A DNA stretch of 64,000 nt from the NCBI RefSeq assembly GCF_009914755.1, contig NC_060926.1; one strand, given 5' to 3'. The position numbers and the translations under genes were made by a program. This DNA comes from the human T2T-CHM13v2.0 reference genome, Homo sapiens. Below the pieces are notes generated by a model. It saw only the letters and a list, made by a program, of their open reading frames with translations. It was not told the DNA's origin and searched no databases. Below, piece after piece: positions 48,936 to 64,000 of the stretch (positions are counted from its first letter, which is position 1; the number at the start of each line of letters is the position of its first letter).

Positions 48936-50668
48936 GTTTGAGCAGTACAAACTACAGAATGAAAAGTCTTTCTCCCGTTCCAAGATCCCTGGCCCCTCCT
49001 AGAGGCATCCAGTATACCAGAGTAACCAATTTCTTGTATATCCACTCAAATATATCTGATTTTGGTCTATTTTCAAGCAACAATTCTCTGGCATAGACAG
49101 ATCTGGTTCAAAGGCTCATAAAACAATGGTGGGGAAGGAGTACAAAGCGGAAGGGAAGAGGAGGGGAGGCTCTAGATAACTAATAAAAAACAAAAACCCA
49201 CCCAGGCCCCATTTTCCTTTAGGAAGACTTGAAAAACATCAACATTTGCCAAAGGAAGAGGAAATTTTTATTAGAACCAAACTTTCCCATTCAAATAGTT
49301 AAGTAACACAAAACACTGAAGAACTTACTGCCTTCAGAAAACAGCGCCTTTTTTTTTAACCTCAAGGAACATTTTGCCAAGAAAACCTTCACGTAAATAA
49401 ATCTAACCAGAAAACAAGCCCCAAATGCAGCATTCTGCAATAATTATGGGGAAAAATCTTCCCATCCACCTTGGAATTCGAGGGAAATGTTTTACAGATA
49501 CTATCAAACCGTTCCTCACTTCAGCTTAAATTGAGGCTCACAATCTATTTGAAAAGAAAATCTAGACACGTAAGGCACAGTAAGAATAAGACATGTAAAA
49601 CTATCTTCCATAGGGAGGTCAACCAGAAATTTGTCTTTTTCAGCAATCACTTAGCAAAGTGAAAGAGCAAAAATGCATTTCTAAAGTGGGCATCCTTAAA
49701 AACAAACTCGCACCCGCAAACCCTTGAGTTTCAGAACAAACTGCTGAAATACTGGTATTTTCCAAGATGCTGGGGCCAGGGAAATCTGGCAGATTCACAC
49801 TAAAGCTGCTTTCCCCTCTGCCAAAGTCTAACCGCATTTTAAGAGGAGGCCAGTGTTCAGCTGTCCTGCCTAGGGTCAACCATGTCTTTAAGTGAGAGTT
49901 ACTGTACTGGTAGGAAGAGGTTTAGATAAGCCAGAAAATAAACACTGGTATATATTTTTCTGATTCTCTTTTTAAAAATCAGAGACTCTCTCTCTTTTTT
50001 TTTTTTTCTCATTATAAAGGTGCTACTAATTTGCCATCCAACATCCCAGCCCCATCATCTTCACTGCATGGAACTCCTTCTCATCCTTCAAGACAGTGTT
50101 TGGGTTCTCCTGCCTCTGTCCAGTCTTCTCTAAAGATTCTTATATTTCCCAGATCTTTCTAATTCCCCTGGTATTTATATTCTATATGACGAACAACCTA
50201 GCACTTAATTCTCTGCCATGCACTGGGTTTCTCGAAACCAATTCAAAACTAGGTAAAGATCACATATTATTCTTCACTGTTTGGCCCTCTTTCACGATAC
50301 TTAGCATATACTTGGTACTCAAGAGTTAACTAGATAAAAATTAAATCTCCAAGTTAAATATAATTTAACATTTGTTTTAAAATTCATTGGACTCTCAAAT
50401 AAACCACGGACTGAAATCAAAACTGTGGTGTACTATAAGAAAGACAAGGTTGGTAAAATGGGAAATAACGTGAACTGGATACTTAACTCTTCAAATGTTC
50501 TACTTGGCACCCATCTCCCCACAAATACCCTTCTATCAATAGGCAAGCTCGGCACACCTGAAAGGTAGCTAAAAACTGTTGTGTTCAAAATCCCAAGAGG
50601 GACTGAAAATATAAAAACCAACTCCCCAAAAAGATATACACACTAATTAAAATCAGTGCTATTGTTCA

Positions 50669-50976
50669 GGGGCTGTGGCTCATGCCTGTAATCCCAGCAC
50701 TTTGAGAGGCCGAGGTGGGTGGACCACCTGAGGTCCAGAGTTCAAGACCAGCCTGGCTGACATGGTGAAACCCTGTCTCTACCAAAAATACAAAATTAGC
50801 CTGGCGTGGTGGCAGGCACCTGTAATCCTAGCTACTCGGGAGTCTGAGGCACGAGACTCGCTTGAACCCGGAAGGTGGAGGCTGCAGTGAGCCAAGATCA
50901 GCGCCACTGCACTCCAGCCTGGGGAACAGAGGGAGAATTTGTCTAAAAAAAATAAAAAATAAAAAAATAAAATAAA
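50669..50976 (+). mobile_element. Alu (AluSx-like)
   Basis: Dimeric Alu with TSD aaaatcagtgc on both flanks. Confidence 0.92.
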
Positions 50977-52085
50977 AAAATCAGTGCCATGAAATGAATA
51001 TCTATATAGTAAACTCTAGCAAATTTTCAAAAACCATTCATTGAGCTGAGTTTTTTTCCAAAAATTTAGCCAACTTATTTGGCGATGGAGTTTCAATTCT
51101 TGGCAGCTAATCAAGCTGTGTAAAAGTCTGACCCTAAAGGGTCAAAGACACATTCCTGTGCAGGTGGTTGGAGGATGGCCATGAAGAAGGAGAAGGAAAA
51201 TCCAATCAAATTTTCTAACTCTAATTTTGGGCATTTAACATTACAGTACAGTTTTCTTCAATCCAGTTTAAAAGAACATGCATAGTTTCTTAAAAGTTGT
51301 TGCAATATGATGGGACCTGAGTAACAGGCAAGCATAAAAAGCACTTAAAATCAAACAAGCTCTTGGCAGTCCACACAACAGCTAAGCAACAGGGGAAAAA
51401 AAAAATCAAGACAAGTTTTCTCAGCTCTTTAGTTACAATCATATCCTTGGCTTCTAGAAACTGTGGCTTCTAAACATTGAAAATCCTTACCCTTTCAAGA
51501 ACCATTCCATACTCTCCCTGTCTGTTCACCCAGCCCATAAACCAAATAAATCAAGGTGTATCTTGCCGTGGAATTGCCATTAACCAGAACTACTTCAGAA
51601 AGCAGGATATGGTAGCAAGAACATGGACTTAGGAAGCAGCCAAACTCAGTTTTCCAACCTATTAAATGTGACCTCCGCAAATCATTTAACCCCTGAGTTT
51701 CAGTTTCCTTTTCCATGAAATGGGGTAAATACTCCCCATCTAGTTACTAATTATAGCAGCTATCATTTAGTGAGCTCTTAGTTCTATAACTGTGTTAACC
51801 ACATTACTTGCATTGTCTGACCTAATCCTAACAATGAAATTGAGAGGTTATACTATTCCCAAATTATACATAAGAAAATGTGAATGACCATGAGAAATGG
51901 GAATTTCCAGGAATTTCTCCAGAATATATTCTTCTTAAAATACTTGCATTCTTTACTCATTATTTGGATATCCAAAAACATTGTTAAATGGGAACTATCA
52001 CACTTAGTAGGATTTACAAAGAATTGTAGCATAGCAAATACTAAGATCCTGGAAAATGCTAGTGAACATTATTGGATGTTATGCC

Positions 52086-52289
52086 AGTAGCGGGCAAAAT
52101 CCAGCCCACAGTCTGGATTTGTAAATAAAAGTTTTATTGCAACAGGCACACTTGTTCATTTTAAGTATAGTCTATGACTGCTTTCACACTGAAATGGTAG
52201 AACTGATAGTTGTAACAGAGTCCGTATGGCTTGCAAAACCGAAAATATTTACTACCTGGCCCTTTAGAAAGAGACTTTGTTGACCACTG
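52086..52289. mobile_element. MER58A-like hAT MITE
   Basis: ..tttgtaaataaaagttttattg.. aaaatatttactacctggcccttta.. gaccactg. Confidence 0.8.
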
Positions 52290-53538
52290 CAATAACCTAC
52301 ATTCAGATCTACAAGCAAATTAACAGTACTACACAGATTCGTATGTTGAAGTCACCAATTTAAAGACTCAGTTTACTTCTAAAACTTATTTCTTGCAATA
52401 CCAAGCGTAGGATATGTATACAGTATGCTATGCATATAAACTTATTTTATTTGCAAGGATGACACATCAATGGTAGTAGCAGATTGGGCCACAAAGACAC
52501 ATTTCTAACATGGCAACGGCGAGAAGAAATCATGACCCATTCTCTCCCACATGCTCCTATCCTGCACTGGCTCCAAAAAAGGTGGATCTTATCCTTCAAC
52601 TCTGCAAGTCAGCTTTTCCTGTTCTTGCTTTCAACTTGACATCAGTGAATTCTTTCTACTGTCATTGTGTTGACTCATACAATTCTCACAGGAGGATTAT
52701 AACACTTTTTCCCATTTACCTCATAAGTGATTTTTCTAGGGATTTGGAAAAACATATATATTTCCCAAGAAATCCTGAGAAGGAATTCTGTGACAGAAAC
52801 ACTGTTCTCTCCAGGTGTATATCTAGAGACAGAGTAGGAATCAAATATGTCAGACTTCTAGATAATGAAGAAAAAAAAGCCGGGGAACGAGGGCAGAGCA
52901 TGAGGAAAAACAAAATCTCCAAGATGTTTTAAGGAAAAGATTCAGGTCTGCCTTACAGCCTAGAAAGACAACCAGGCCAAAGTGGAAATACAGTGAAGAT
53001 GGGCTTTCCTAATGTTTTGGCCGAAATATTAGAGCACCTTTCTCCTCCAGAATTTAAAGTACAATTTGGCTAAGACAAAAGGGGCCCGCTATGGTTTACT
53101 TAATTACAGAGTGTAATTAAGTACCAGACTACACGTTTGAAGATAATCTGCCTACACTCCGTAACCTCGAAACCCTCAAGTGAAGTGGTTTGGTGGTCCA
53201 TCAAAATCCCTTTCATCTGTCCAGCCAAAGATTCATTTACTCCTGCCAGAAATATAAAGTAAGGGAATCAAGGAGAAAACTTGAGGCAACAAAGGCAGTG
53301 AGTGGGCTACAGTAGCATAAAGAAGGTTCCATGCTTGAACCAACAGGTTCTGAGATGGGTCCCAGCCCTGGCCCATGTAATCTTTTCCTGCAAAACAGGC
53401 GTCATGACTCCCTTGCAGAGCTGCCACGTATGAAGTACATGGCACTCAGTGGATGCTAATAAATGGTAGCTAATGTTGTAAACTCAATATTTAAGGAGCA
53501 GCTATAAGAAGAGAAGTGACGATTACCAGGGTTGAATT

Positions 53539-53603
53539 ATTAGGTTGAATCCTATGCAAAATTGCTGAGATTTGACCATTTTGACTCATCAAAATAGCAA
53601 TTT
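53539..53603. mobile_element. MADE2-like mariner MITE, truncated next to an Alu
   Basis: ttaggttgaa..tatg.aaattgc..gaccattttgac..aaaatagcaattt forms a partial palindrome. Confidence 0.6.
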
Positions 53604-53605
53604 AG

Positions 53606-53905
53606 GGCCAGGCACAGTGGCTTATGCCTGTAATCCCTGCACACTGGAAGGCCAAGATAGGAGGATTGCTTGAGCCCAGGAGTTGGAGACCAGCCTGGGG
53701 AATATGGCGAGACCCCATCTCTACAAAAAATTTAAAAATTAGCCTGGCATGGTGGTGCACACCTGTAGTCCCAGCTACTCAGGAGGCTGAGATGGGGGGA
53801 CTGCTTCAGCCCAGGAGCTCGAGGCTACAGTGAGCCATGTTCATGCCACTGCACTCCAGCCTGGGCAACAGAGCAAGATCCTGTCAAAAAAGTAATAATA
53901 ATAAT
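53606..53905 (+). mobile_element. Alu (AluJ-like)
   Basis: Dimeric Alu with a (TAA)n tail. Confidence 0.92.
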
Positions 53906-54156
53906 AAGCAACTTTGAAATAAATATTACAAAGGGCTCCATAGGAAGCCTGAAAAGAGAACATGAAAGACTAATAGCCCAATACTCATTCTTCCACTGGT
54001 GGTGACTTAGAAAAAATCCAGACACCAAACAGGAAGGCTACAGACTAAAATAGAATACCCCCTTAAGTCAACTTCTCACCAGATATGAGGTGTGACTTCA
54101 GAGAAGATCAGATTCCACAAAAGACAGACACACATGCACTCCTCACTCATAAGTAA

Positions 54157-54468
<312 letters not shown>

Positions 54469-54825
54469 ACTCCTTTCTCTCTCTCTTCTTTATTCCTGCT
54501 CTCTCCCTTTTCTATCCTTATTTCTTTCCCTATGCAAGGCCCACTGAAATCTTTGATTAACTAGTTTAGGAAGGAAATAAACACAGCCTTTCTGGTTAAC
54601 TGATGTTACCAATTACACAGGAGGCCTTTCTATAAGCCTTTTAGAGCAGCTAGTAGCTCAATATAGACATCCAATGGATCCATCACACTTTCCCCCTATT
54701 TTTCTAATTCTCCTTCATTTTTTTCAAGTTCCATCAGCCTTTACCCAGTTAACAGGTCTGTGGTGGTTCCATGGAGTCAAATCAATTCCTGAGTGAGAAA
54801 TGAGTTTCATGACAACTCATCAGGC

Positions 54826-55148
54826 CAGGGGTCCCCAACCCCCAGGCTGTGGACGGGTACTGGTCCATGGCCTGTTAGGAACCCGGCCGCACAGCAGAGG
54901 TAAGGGGCTGGCAAGTGAGCATTAGGCCTGAGCTCTGCCTCCTATCAGATCAGATCAGTGGCAGCATTAGATTCTCAGTGGAGCGAACCCTATTGTGAAC
55001 TGCACATGTGGGGAATCTAGGTTGTACACTCCTTATGAGAATCTAACTAATGCCTGGTGATCTGATGTAAACAGTTTCATCCTGAAACCATACCTCTTCC
55101 TCCCCACTACTCCATCCGTAGAAAAAATGTCTTCCATGAAATCAGTCT
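54826..55148 (+). mobile_element. MER1B-like hAT-Charlie element
   Basis: caggggtccccaacccccagg..tggcctgttaggaacc..gcagcattagattctca..aaccctattgtgaactgc. Confidence 0.88.
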
Positions 55149-55756
55149 GCTGTCCTGGGCTAACCCCAAGTAGCTTTAATCCAGCTATATGTACATCTCC
55201 AAATGGTTCTCAGCGAAGAATCAGAGCATCTTGAGTGAAGAGGGATTGAGAACAAGTGGAAGAGAAGAAAGAAGGAAATGGCCACTTCTTCCATTCCCCC
55301 AACACACGACTCCCTAAACAGAATCAGACTTCTCTGGTAATTAGATCGCCTTTCTGTCTGTTTGGCTCAGCTTTCACGTGTGTACACCCCATTGCAGCAG
55401 CACTCCAGCTCTCCTCATTACCATGAGACATCCGTGTTGTAACTGTTGCCTGGCAGGAATGTGGTAATCCTTGGTGATTATACTCACACATAAGACTATA
55501 CAGGCTTTCATCAGCTCATGATCTCAGGCACTTTTACAAGAGTTCGCAAGACTGCCACCCACCAGGCCAGGACCAGATTTTCTGGTTTTCTAATGGAGTG
55601 TCTGGCATTTTGTTTCTCCTAGGCTGTACTATTTACCTTCACTAGACAGATATTTAGCAAAACTTCAACGAGGAGCCTCTTGAAAGTAGGAACTCTGTGT
55701 ATTCAATGTGCTGCTATATCTCCAGTGCCTGGTCTAGCATCATGCCAAACTACTTA

Positions 55757-56091
<335 letters not shown>

Positions 56092-56386
56092 AAAAGAAAA
56101 GAAAGAAAAAGAGAGAGAAGGAAAGGAAAGGAAAGGAAAGGAAAGGAAAGGAAAGGAAAGGAAAGGAAAGGAAAGGAAAGGAAAGGAAAGGAAAGGGAAA
56201 GGGAAAAGGAAAAGGAAAGGAAAGGGGAGAGGGGAGAGGGGAGAGGGGAAAAGGAAAAGAAGAAGGAAGGGAAAGGAAAGGAAAGGAAAGGAAAGGAGGA
56301 AGGTAGGAAAAGAAAGGAAGGAAGGAAGGGAAAGAAAGAAAGAGAGAAACAGAGAGAAAGAGAAAGAAAGAAAAAAAAACAAAAAG
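56092..56386 (+). repeat. Polypurine tract including a perfect (GAAAG)15 at 56121-56195
   Basis: No pyrimidine from 56092 to 56303; pentamer array followed by AAAGGG and GGGGAGA units. Confidence 0.97.
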
Positions 56387-57445
56387 CATTAATAATTTCA
56401 AGCTCATAAACTTGGTAAAGAAAAAGAAACTTCTCTATCACTCTTACCATTTCTAGGGTAGAAATGGCTAAATTTCTACCCTAGGCTTAAATTCAAAGCA
56501 GTAGCAGAAAGTACCAAATACCTTCCTGCAAGTATTTATGTCATTACCAACCTAAGAAAAATTTTCACCAGATCATGCTTCCTAATTATGATTGAACAAG
56601 AATAAACTGAAAAAAAGACAATCAATATTATTTTTTATTATTTGGTTCTATTTATTGTTTGCCCACCAGCATGTAGGCATTTCTAAAGCTAGTCTAGAAA
56701 CTGATTGCCCACTGTGCAGAGAGAACAAGGTAACAAGCAAAAAAACAAAAGAAAACAAAATCCAATAAAGTTAGGTAAAAAAGAAAAGAAAAATGAACAA
56801 TGTTTTATGTGGCCTCGTTTTCTCATTGGTTTTGTGTGTGTATATACTACATACCCATAATTATGTCAGACAAGCCATGAATTGTATAAGTGTTTGCCAG
56901 TCCTGTAATGAGTTAATCTGAAAAATTAACCTGCACACTTCTTGAAAAGAAAAATAGTCTCTTACTTATCTCTGATTGTGTAATAATTGGGGTAGTATCC
57001 CTTCCATACTAACCAGTCAACAAATACTTGTTGGCCTATGAACAGTGAGTTAATTTAAAATAAGATTAAAGTCAAGAATTTAGGCAACTCTGGGTCTACC
57101 GCTGACTTGGTGGTCTTGAGCACTAGTGTCTTTCAACTCAGCTCTATCGTCTCTATGGGACTGAGCAGGGAGTCATCCAGGTCGATGGAGGTAACACTGA
57201 ACCGATGAGCTAGACATGCCCCCGCACCACTGCTGTGTGACACTCAGAAGTCACTAACCCTTCTCACTCACCCTTCTCTGTTATCCTTTTATCCTAACTA
57301 TAAAGAAAGAGCAGTGGCCCAAGTCACTACGTTTCCTTCTAGCTCAAAGATTCTTCTTAGGTATTTCTTTCATGATTGTTACTAGGATTCCTCAAGAATT
57401 ATGCTAACAGCAAGGGGTATTCTTTAATTAAAGGTGCTGTTTTTG

Positions 57446-58034
<589 letters not shown>

Positions 58035-58158
58035 GATAGCTTTCCAATCTACCTCTGTACTGCGATGGCACCCAACCCACTAATTAAAGAAAAAAATGTA
58101 AAAATAACATAATACTTTTTATTTAATTTAGCAGTTTCATTCTTAACTCAGAGATTAG

Positions 58159-58472
<314 letters not shown>

Positions 58473-59339
58473 CTGAGGTTTGCTTTTAATTTAATTTGCT
58501 CACCAATCATTTGCTCTCCAATTGAAGGATAACTGAGTACGAAAATGTACAAACAGAAGTACAGTAACAGTGGGTCTACCAAGAACAGTCTCTCAAGGGA
58601 GCAAAAGAATACATCCAGGTTCCCAAGACTGAAAGCATCCTGTCCATGTCACCCACCATCCCAAATCTACTAATCTTTCTTTATGTCCTATCTTCTGCAA
58701 TGGAACCACTGAAGAATCTTGTAGACAAAGCCAGAAACCAAGTTTGCCTTACAAACCCCATCGCTGCCTACAACCCAGCCCAGGACCTCTCCCACCAGCA
58801 GTGGCCCAACTGACTCCTTCAAGGTCTCCTCTACATCCCTGCCATGAGTGTAGTAAATTGTTCATTGAGTAACGCTCACTAGTGCCTCTCCTCTGCTTAA
58901 AGCCATCAATGGTTCTCCTAGCTGGTGTAGATTTCTTGATTTTCATGATCTGGCCCCAGACATCTCCAACATCATCGAGTTATCATCTCATAGGTACCCT
59001 CACCCTAATTGTATCTTACAGCTCCCTGGGGACACCATGACCATGTTCACCTTCTGCCTTTGCACTTGTCTGCCTGAAATGTCTTTTTTCATCTGGCAAA
59101 CTCCTATGCTTCAGGATCAGCCCCAGCATCACCTCCCAAAGCCCCCATGTCTACATCCTGTCTGAAATATTAACACATGCCCCCTCATCTGTTTTTCCCA
59201 AACTTAACTATTGTGGCCCTTAAAAGTGCATTTTAATTTTTAAATTTTACTATTTCCCTGGTGAGTCTGTGGACTCTTCAAAGTAAGAGTATTTTTCACC
59301 TATGAAACATCAAGGATAGTCATAAACAATAGGCCAAGA

Positions 59340-59644
<305 letters not shown>

Positions 59645-60344
59645 GGCCCTTCATAAATGTTGATAATAAATGATGTACCCTGATAATGGATTCAAAGCAG
59701 AAAAGATACCATCCAAGAGAAATATGAACAATTTAAAAAATGAAAAAGAAATAATAATGCTAATGGAAAAAAGGAGGTAGACCTACTGGAACCCATTTTC
59801 AGTGTTGTCATGGCTTTTAACTCAAACTAAAAAACAAAACAAACTTCCCCAAACCCTAAGTTATAGACAAAGAGAACTACCAACGTTTCTGATTTCATAC
59901 AAAAAGACAATGTGTAAACTAAGTGTATATACTCAACCACAGCTTCCTTGTGACTTACATTTGAAAACAAAGTATTCCCTACTCTAACATTTTAGGACAT
60001 AATCTTTTTTCTAAATTTTATATACACACAGAGAGAGAAAACAAAACTTGAAATACTTATATACCATGCTAACAATGTAATATTACTGGAAACTAAATTG
60101 TTATCAATAAAATGTAAGAAGGGAGATGCTTTGTTTCACCAAAAAAAAAAAAAAAAATGTAATTTTTTCCCAGAGAATTATTCCCAAGATGGTCACTTGG
60201 ACTCATGCCCCCATACAATTCCCTTGGCTAAGCTCTCACTGGCTGGCCTGCTTCCAGATGTTGTCAGTCAAGGTGACTGAGGGAGCTCAAGTAGGAAAAA
60301 GAAGTGTTCTTCCTCTCACCATGACAATGTTACATTTGCTACAT

Positions 60345-60502
60345 TTTTTGTCTTAGAAACAGGGTCTCACTCTGTTGCTCAAGTTGGAGTGGAGTGGCAG
60401 AAACATAACTCACTGTAGCCTTGAATTCCTGGTCTCAAACAATTCTCCCACCTTAGCCTCCCAAAGCACTAGGATTACAGGAATGAGACACCACACCTGG
60501 CC
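60345..60502 (-). mobile_element. Monomer-length Alu (internally deleted/FRAM-like)
   Basis: Right-arm end joined directly to a left-arm start. Confidence 0.75.
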
Positions 60503-61209
60503 TTTACCTTCTTAAAGGTTTTTCCCCACCCCACTACCCATTTTCTCAGCCCCAGACTGTTTATATCACACTGGGAAGAAAAGACAAATAACACACATTG
60601 CTATATAATGTTATTCAATTTACTTTAATAAGCATGAAAAAGGTAACAGAAAGGAGGCAATGGCCAAAGACAAATGTTAAAGAAAAGAGTAGGAAGATCC
60701 AAGGAATAATAAATGGCTGTTATTAGCATTTGCTGGCTGGGATCACTTTTACACATGAAATTGCTTAATGCGTGAGTCATCTGAACTCATGACTGCACTG
60801 AATCATTTCATGTGTTCAAGCAAACCTGCAATGAAAATAACCCAGAAGTCTTGAGATGCCAATGACTCTCCAATCAAAATAATGAGGGTGGCAGATCTAC
60901 CCGAGAAAAATCAAAAAACAAATAGGTGCTTAGAAAACAATTTTAAATCCTATTGTTTTCATAAAACAAGTGGGCAGAGTAAAGTGAGATTTTTTAGTTT
61001 ACCAAAATTGGGACTGGGTTAAAATTTCAAAAGTTGAGAATTCACTGTTCTGGAGGATTCTGTGAGAGTCAACACTGGTGTCTACTCTGTGCCCACTGCA
61101 GGGTTGGGCCAGGAACTGGTTTCTACCCTCACTCAGTTCACAGGATGATCAGGAGAGCCCAATCCTTGGCTTCTACTCCAATAATGTTAGCTTTAAAATT
61201 AGTCTTACA

Positions 61210-61372
61210 TGCTAATAGTTTCTCTGTCAGGGTGGTGAAAATGTTCTAACATTAGATAGTGGTGTCAGTTGAACAGTTCTGTGGCTACACTAAAAACCAC
61301 TGAATAGTACATTATAAAAGGGTGAATGTTTTTGGTATATGAACTAACTCAATAAAACTGTTATTTTAAAAA
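61210..61372 (+). mobile_element. L1M 3' terminal fragment
   Basis: ggtggtgaaaatgttcta..actaaaaaccactgaat..ctcaataaaactgtt. Confidence 0.75.
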
Positions 61373-62766
61373 TCAGTTTGAAAGGTCTTACAGCCTTTTT
61401 TGTACAACTTAGACCTCGAGTACATGCTGGGCTGTACTCCTGGACCTAGCTTCACCACCTGGACACAGCTTGTCTCCCAGTTAATTTTTGTGAAAAGAGC
61501 AAAAGCTCTGGAATCGCACAGCTTGAGGAATGAACCTAGGCATGTTACTTCCCAGGCATTGGTATCTTAAGCACATTACTCTCTGCCTGTGTCCCATCTA
61601 TAAAACAGGCAGACACCACCCCCCAATCAGATGAGAACTACTACTGAGAATCTGCAAATCACCGCCAACTTCAGACTAACATTAGTAAATGGCAGATAAT
61701 TAAAATGAAATTAAATAATTAAAATGAAACAGCCTCTACCAAAGGACACGTGAGGTATCAGAAGAAACTAACAGGAAAGACAAAAACGAGAAAGGATGAT
61801 GGCAAGTCAAGAGTCAGGACTGAGGCCAGCCTACCTGGAATCCTCTTTGGGATTCCAGTGATGCTTTGCAGTAGGGGTGATATGGGGTGGGAAGATGGGG
61901 ATGTGTCTGCTCCCAGAATTATGTGCTATTATCAAGATGACCTTGTCTATGATACATAAATCTCTGGACTCTTTAATGCAAGACCTTTTATATGAGTAAC
62001 CACAAAACAGAGACATTTTCTATACTTTACTCTCCTCAAGTGTCACTCAGCATTCAGTCCACTAATGGAATTTTAGCCTCTTGATTTGGGTTACTATTAA
62101 TTAGAACACATAGCTTTGCATCAGAATTCATTTTTTATAGATTAATTCTATAACATAAAACATGCCTGAATTTGACTGTTAGGAGTCTTTTCTTCACAAG
62201 CCTCAAGATTCCACACCTGTGATTAATTTACATAAGCACAGGTTGAAACATCAGCTTTTTGATCATTTGTGATATTGCAACTCTTAAGAAGCAACTTACC
62301 CGACAATTAATACAATCTATATTTATCAATAACCCAAATTCCCAGAATTTGGGCCAGAATTTCTAATGTGAAATTAATTCTTCATAGCCATTTTAACACC
62401 ATTCTCATTTAAAATGTGCTCTATTTATCCAAGCAACAATGAAAGGAATATGTGTGTATAAACCCACACATATATAAGCCTTTTGTCACACATTTCTACC
62501 CTTCAAAAGCAATTCAAGAAGAGCTAGAGACTAGCAAATTGTCAGCCCTATCCTTCCTCAGGTAGAGGTGATACTACAGCCAGCTGAATTCTCTCAGAAG
62601 TTCCTCCAGAGACCAGTAAGTTAACAAACTGTCTCCATACTGCACAGGTTGGCTTCCTGTATCTTTGTATATCCTGATGTCCAGCATATACTTGAGCTCT
62701 GTGGACTGAAGAGGAAGGGCAGACAAGCATTACCCAAAACCCCAGGGTTAAAGGACTAAATGAGCT

Positions 62767-62893
62767 CAGTTGTTCTCACCCTTGGCTGTACATTAAAAGT
62801 GCCTAAGAGTGCTCTCTGGTGGAAATGGAGGATGGCCATTGTCCCAACTCTCCAGGTGACTCAAATGAGCAGCTGGGAGTTGAGTATCACTGA
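62767..62893. mobile_element. MER5A-like MITE remnant
   Basis: TIR-like ends cagttgttctca ... ttgagtatcactg. Confidence 0.6.
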
Positions 62894-63485
62894 GAGAGAC
62901 ATGGTAAGAAACAGTTAATACTTTCAGGATTGCTTCAATATGATGGGACATGAAAGTACAACACACATATAAAAAGGAAATAAAACGTTAGCAATTGTCT
63001 CTGTTTACCATTCACACTGTCAACAATTACAAGAAAAATTCAACGAGTTTCAGGTCACTAAACCTTAGTCCATTTCATAAACATTTGTCTACCTGATTTT
63101 GTTTTTTTTTTTTACTTTCTAAATCCAAGAGGGAAATGATAATCTTCTGTAAGTTTTAGAATGGCTTATTTTCTAACACTGTCAGGAAGGAAAAGGCTAG
63201 CTCCTGTTAGTTTTAATTTTGAATGCGTTAAGTATTGGTGGAGGTAACTCTTAGATAACAGCTTTTTTAAAAATCCATTTTAGTTGTTTCATGTGCAGCA
63301 CTTTTGTTGGTTCTGCCAGCACTGCTGTGCACTCAGGCTTAAGACAACACATACTAGCATGAATTCAACTGAGTCTCTTAGAACTTCTAACCAAATTTAG
63401 ACTGGTTTAACACAACCATGAGGTATCCTTCCAGTTTTTTAATAATACTTTGTTCACACAAAGGGCAGGTCACATACATGTCTAG

Positions 63486-63801
<316 letters not shown>

Positions 63802-64000
63802 TAATTTTTTTTTAAGAGGCAAATAAATGTGAATGCTACACAGAAGTAGGGGCATTCCAGGGTTGAAAAAAGCTTCCATATGTGAATATGCTCTTTCTCT
63901 AGAGGTAGATGCGTAGGTCCCAACTGTGGGGTTTATTGTATGAATACATCAGACAGCAAGAATAGAGAGCTATATATATCACACACATATGTGCCATTTA

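Noticed and set aside
56121-56330. EWS-FLI1 GGAA microsatellite enhancer
   Set aside because: The period is 5 (GGAAA), not consecutive GGAA. Only about three tandem GGAA units occur, near 56316.

Overview
This is human (primate) genomic DNA lying entirely within ACVR1 (ALK2, activin A receptor type 1, a BMP type I receptor), which is transcribed on the minus strand. Five exons can be reconstructed from GT/AG boundaries and reading-frame continuity. They are a 175-nt non-coding 5'UTR exon (47809-47983), the 74-nt start-codon/signal-peptide exon (28857-28930), the 264-nt ligand-binding ectodomain exon (9772-10035), the 212-nt transmembrane exon (7566-7777) and the 100-nt GS-domain exon (3522-3621). 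The FOP/DIPG hotspot codon R206 is wild type (CGC). The first exon and promoter lie beyond the right edge, and the kinase exons lie beyond the left edge. The rest is intron, with about 25 Alu elements (one a young AluYa5 with a perfect 16-bp TSD), DNA-transposon MITEs, MaLR LTRs, L1/L2/MIR relics and microsatellites. I see no evidence of a wholly new gene system. The best leads concern RNA processing: (i) inverted Alus about 235 nt outside exons 2 and 3 predict a 249-nt AUG-containing circRNA that could encode a 67-aa signal-peptide-bearing micropeptide; (ii) a non-consensus donor (AAG|GTTCCC) on the symmetric ectodomain exon predicts either a secreted ectodomain or an ectodomain-less receptor; (iii) the 5'UTR carries a start-stop uORF; (iv) an Alu tail has expanded into an RFC1-like (AAAGG)n/polypurine tract. 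Repeat subfamily calls were made by eye from remembered consensus sequences and their boundaries are approximate. Exon numbers assume one upstream non-coding first exon.
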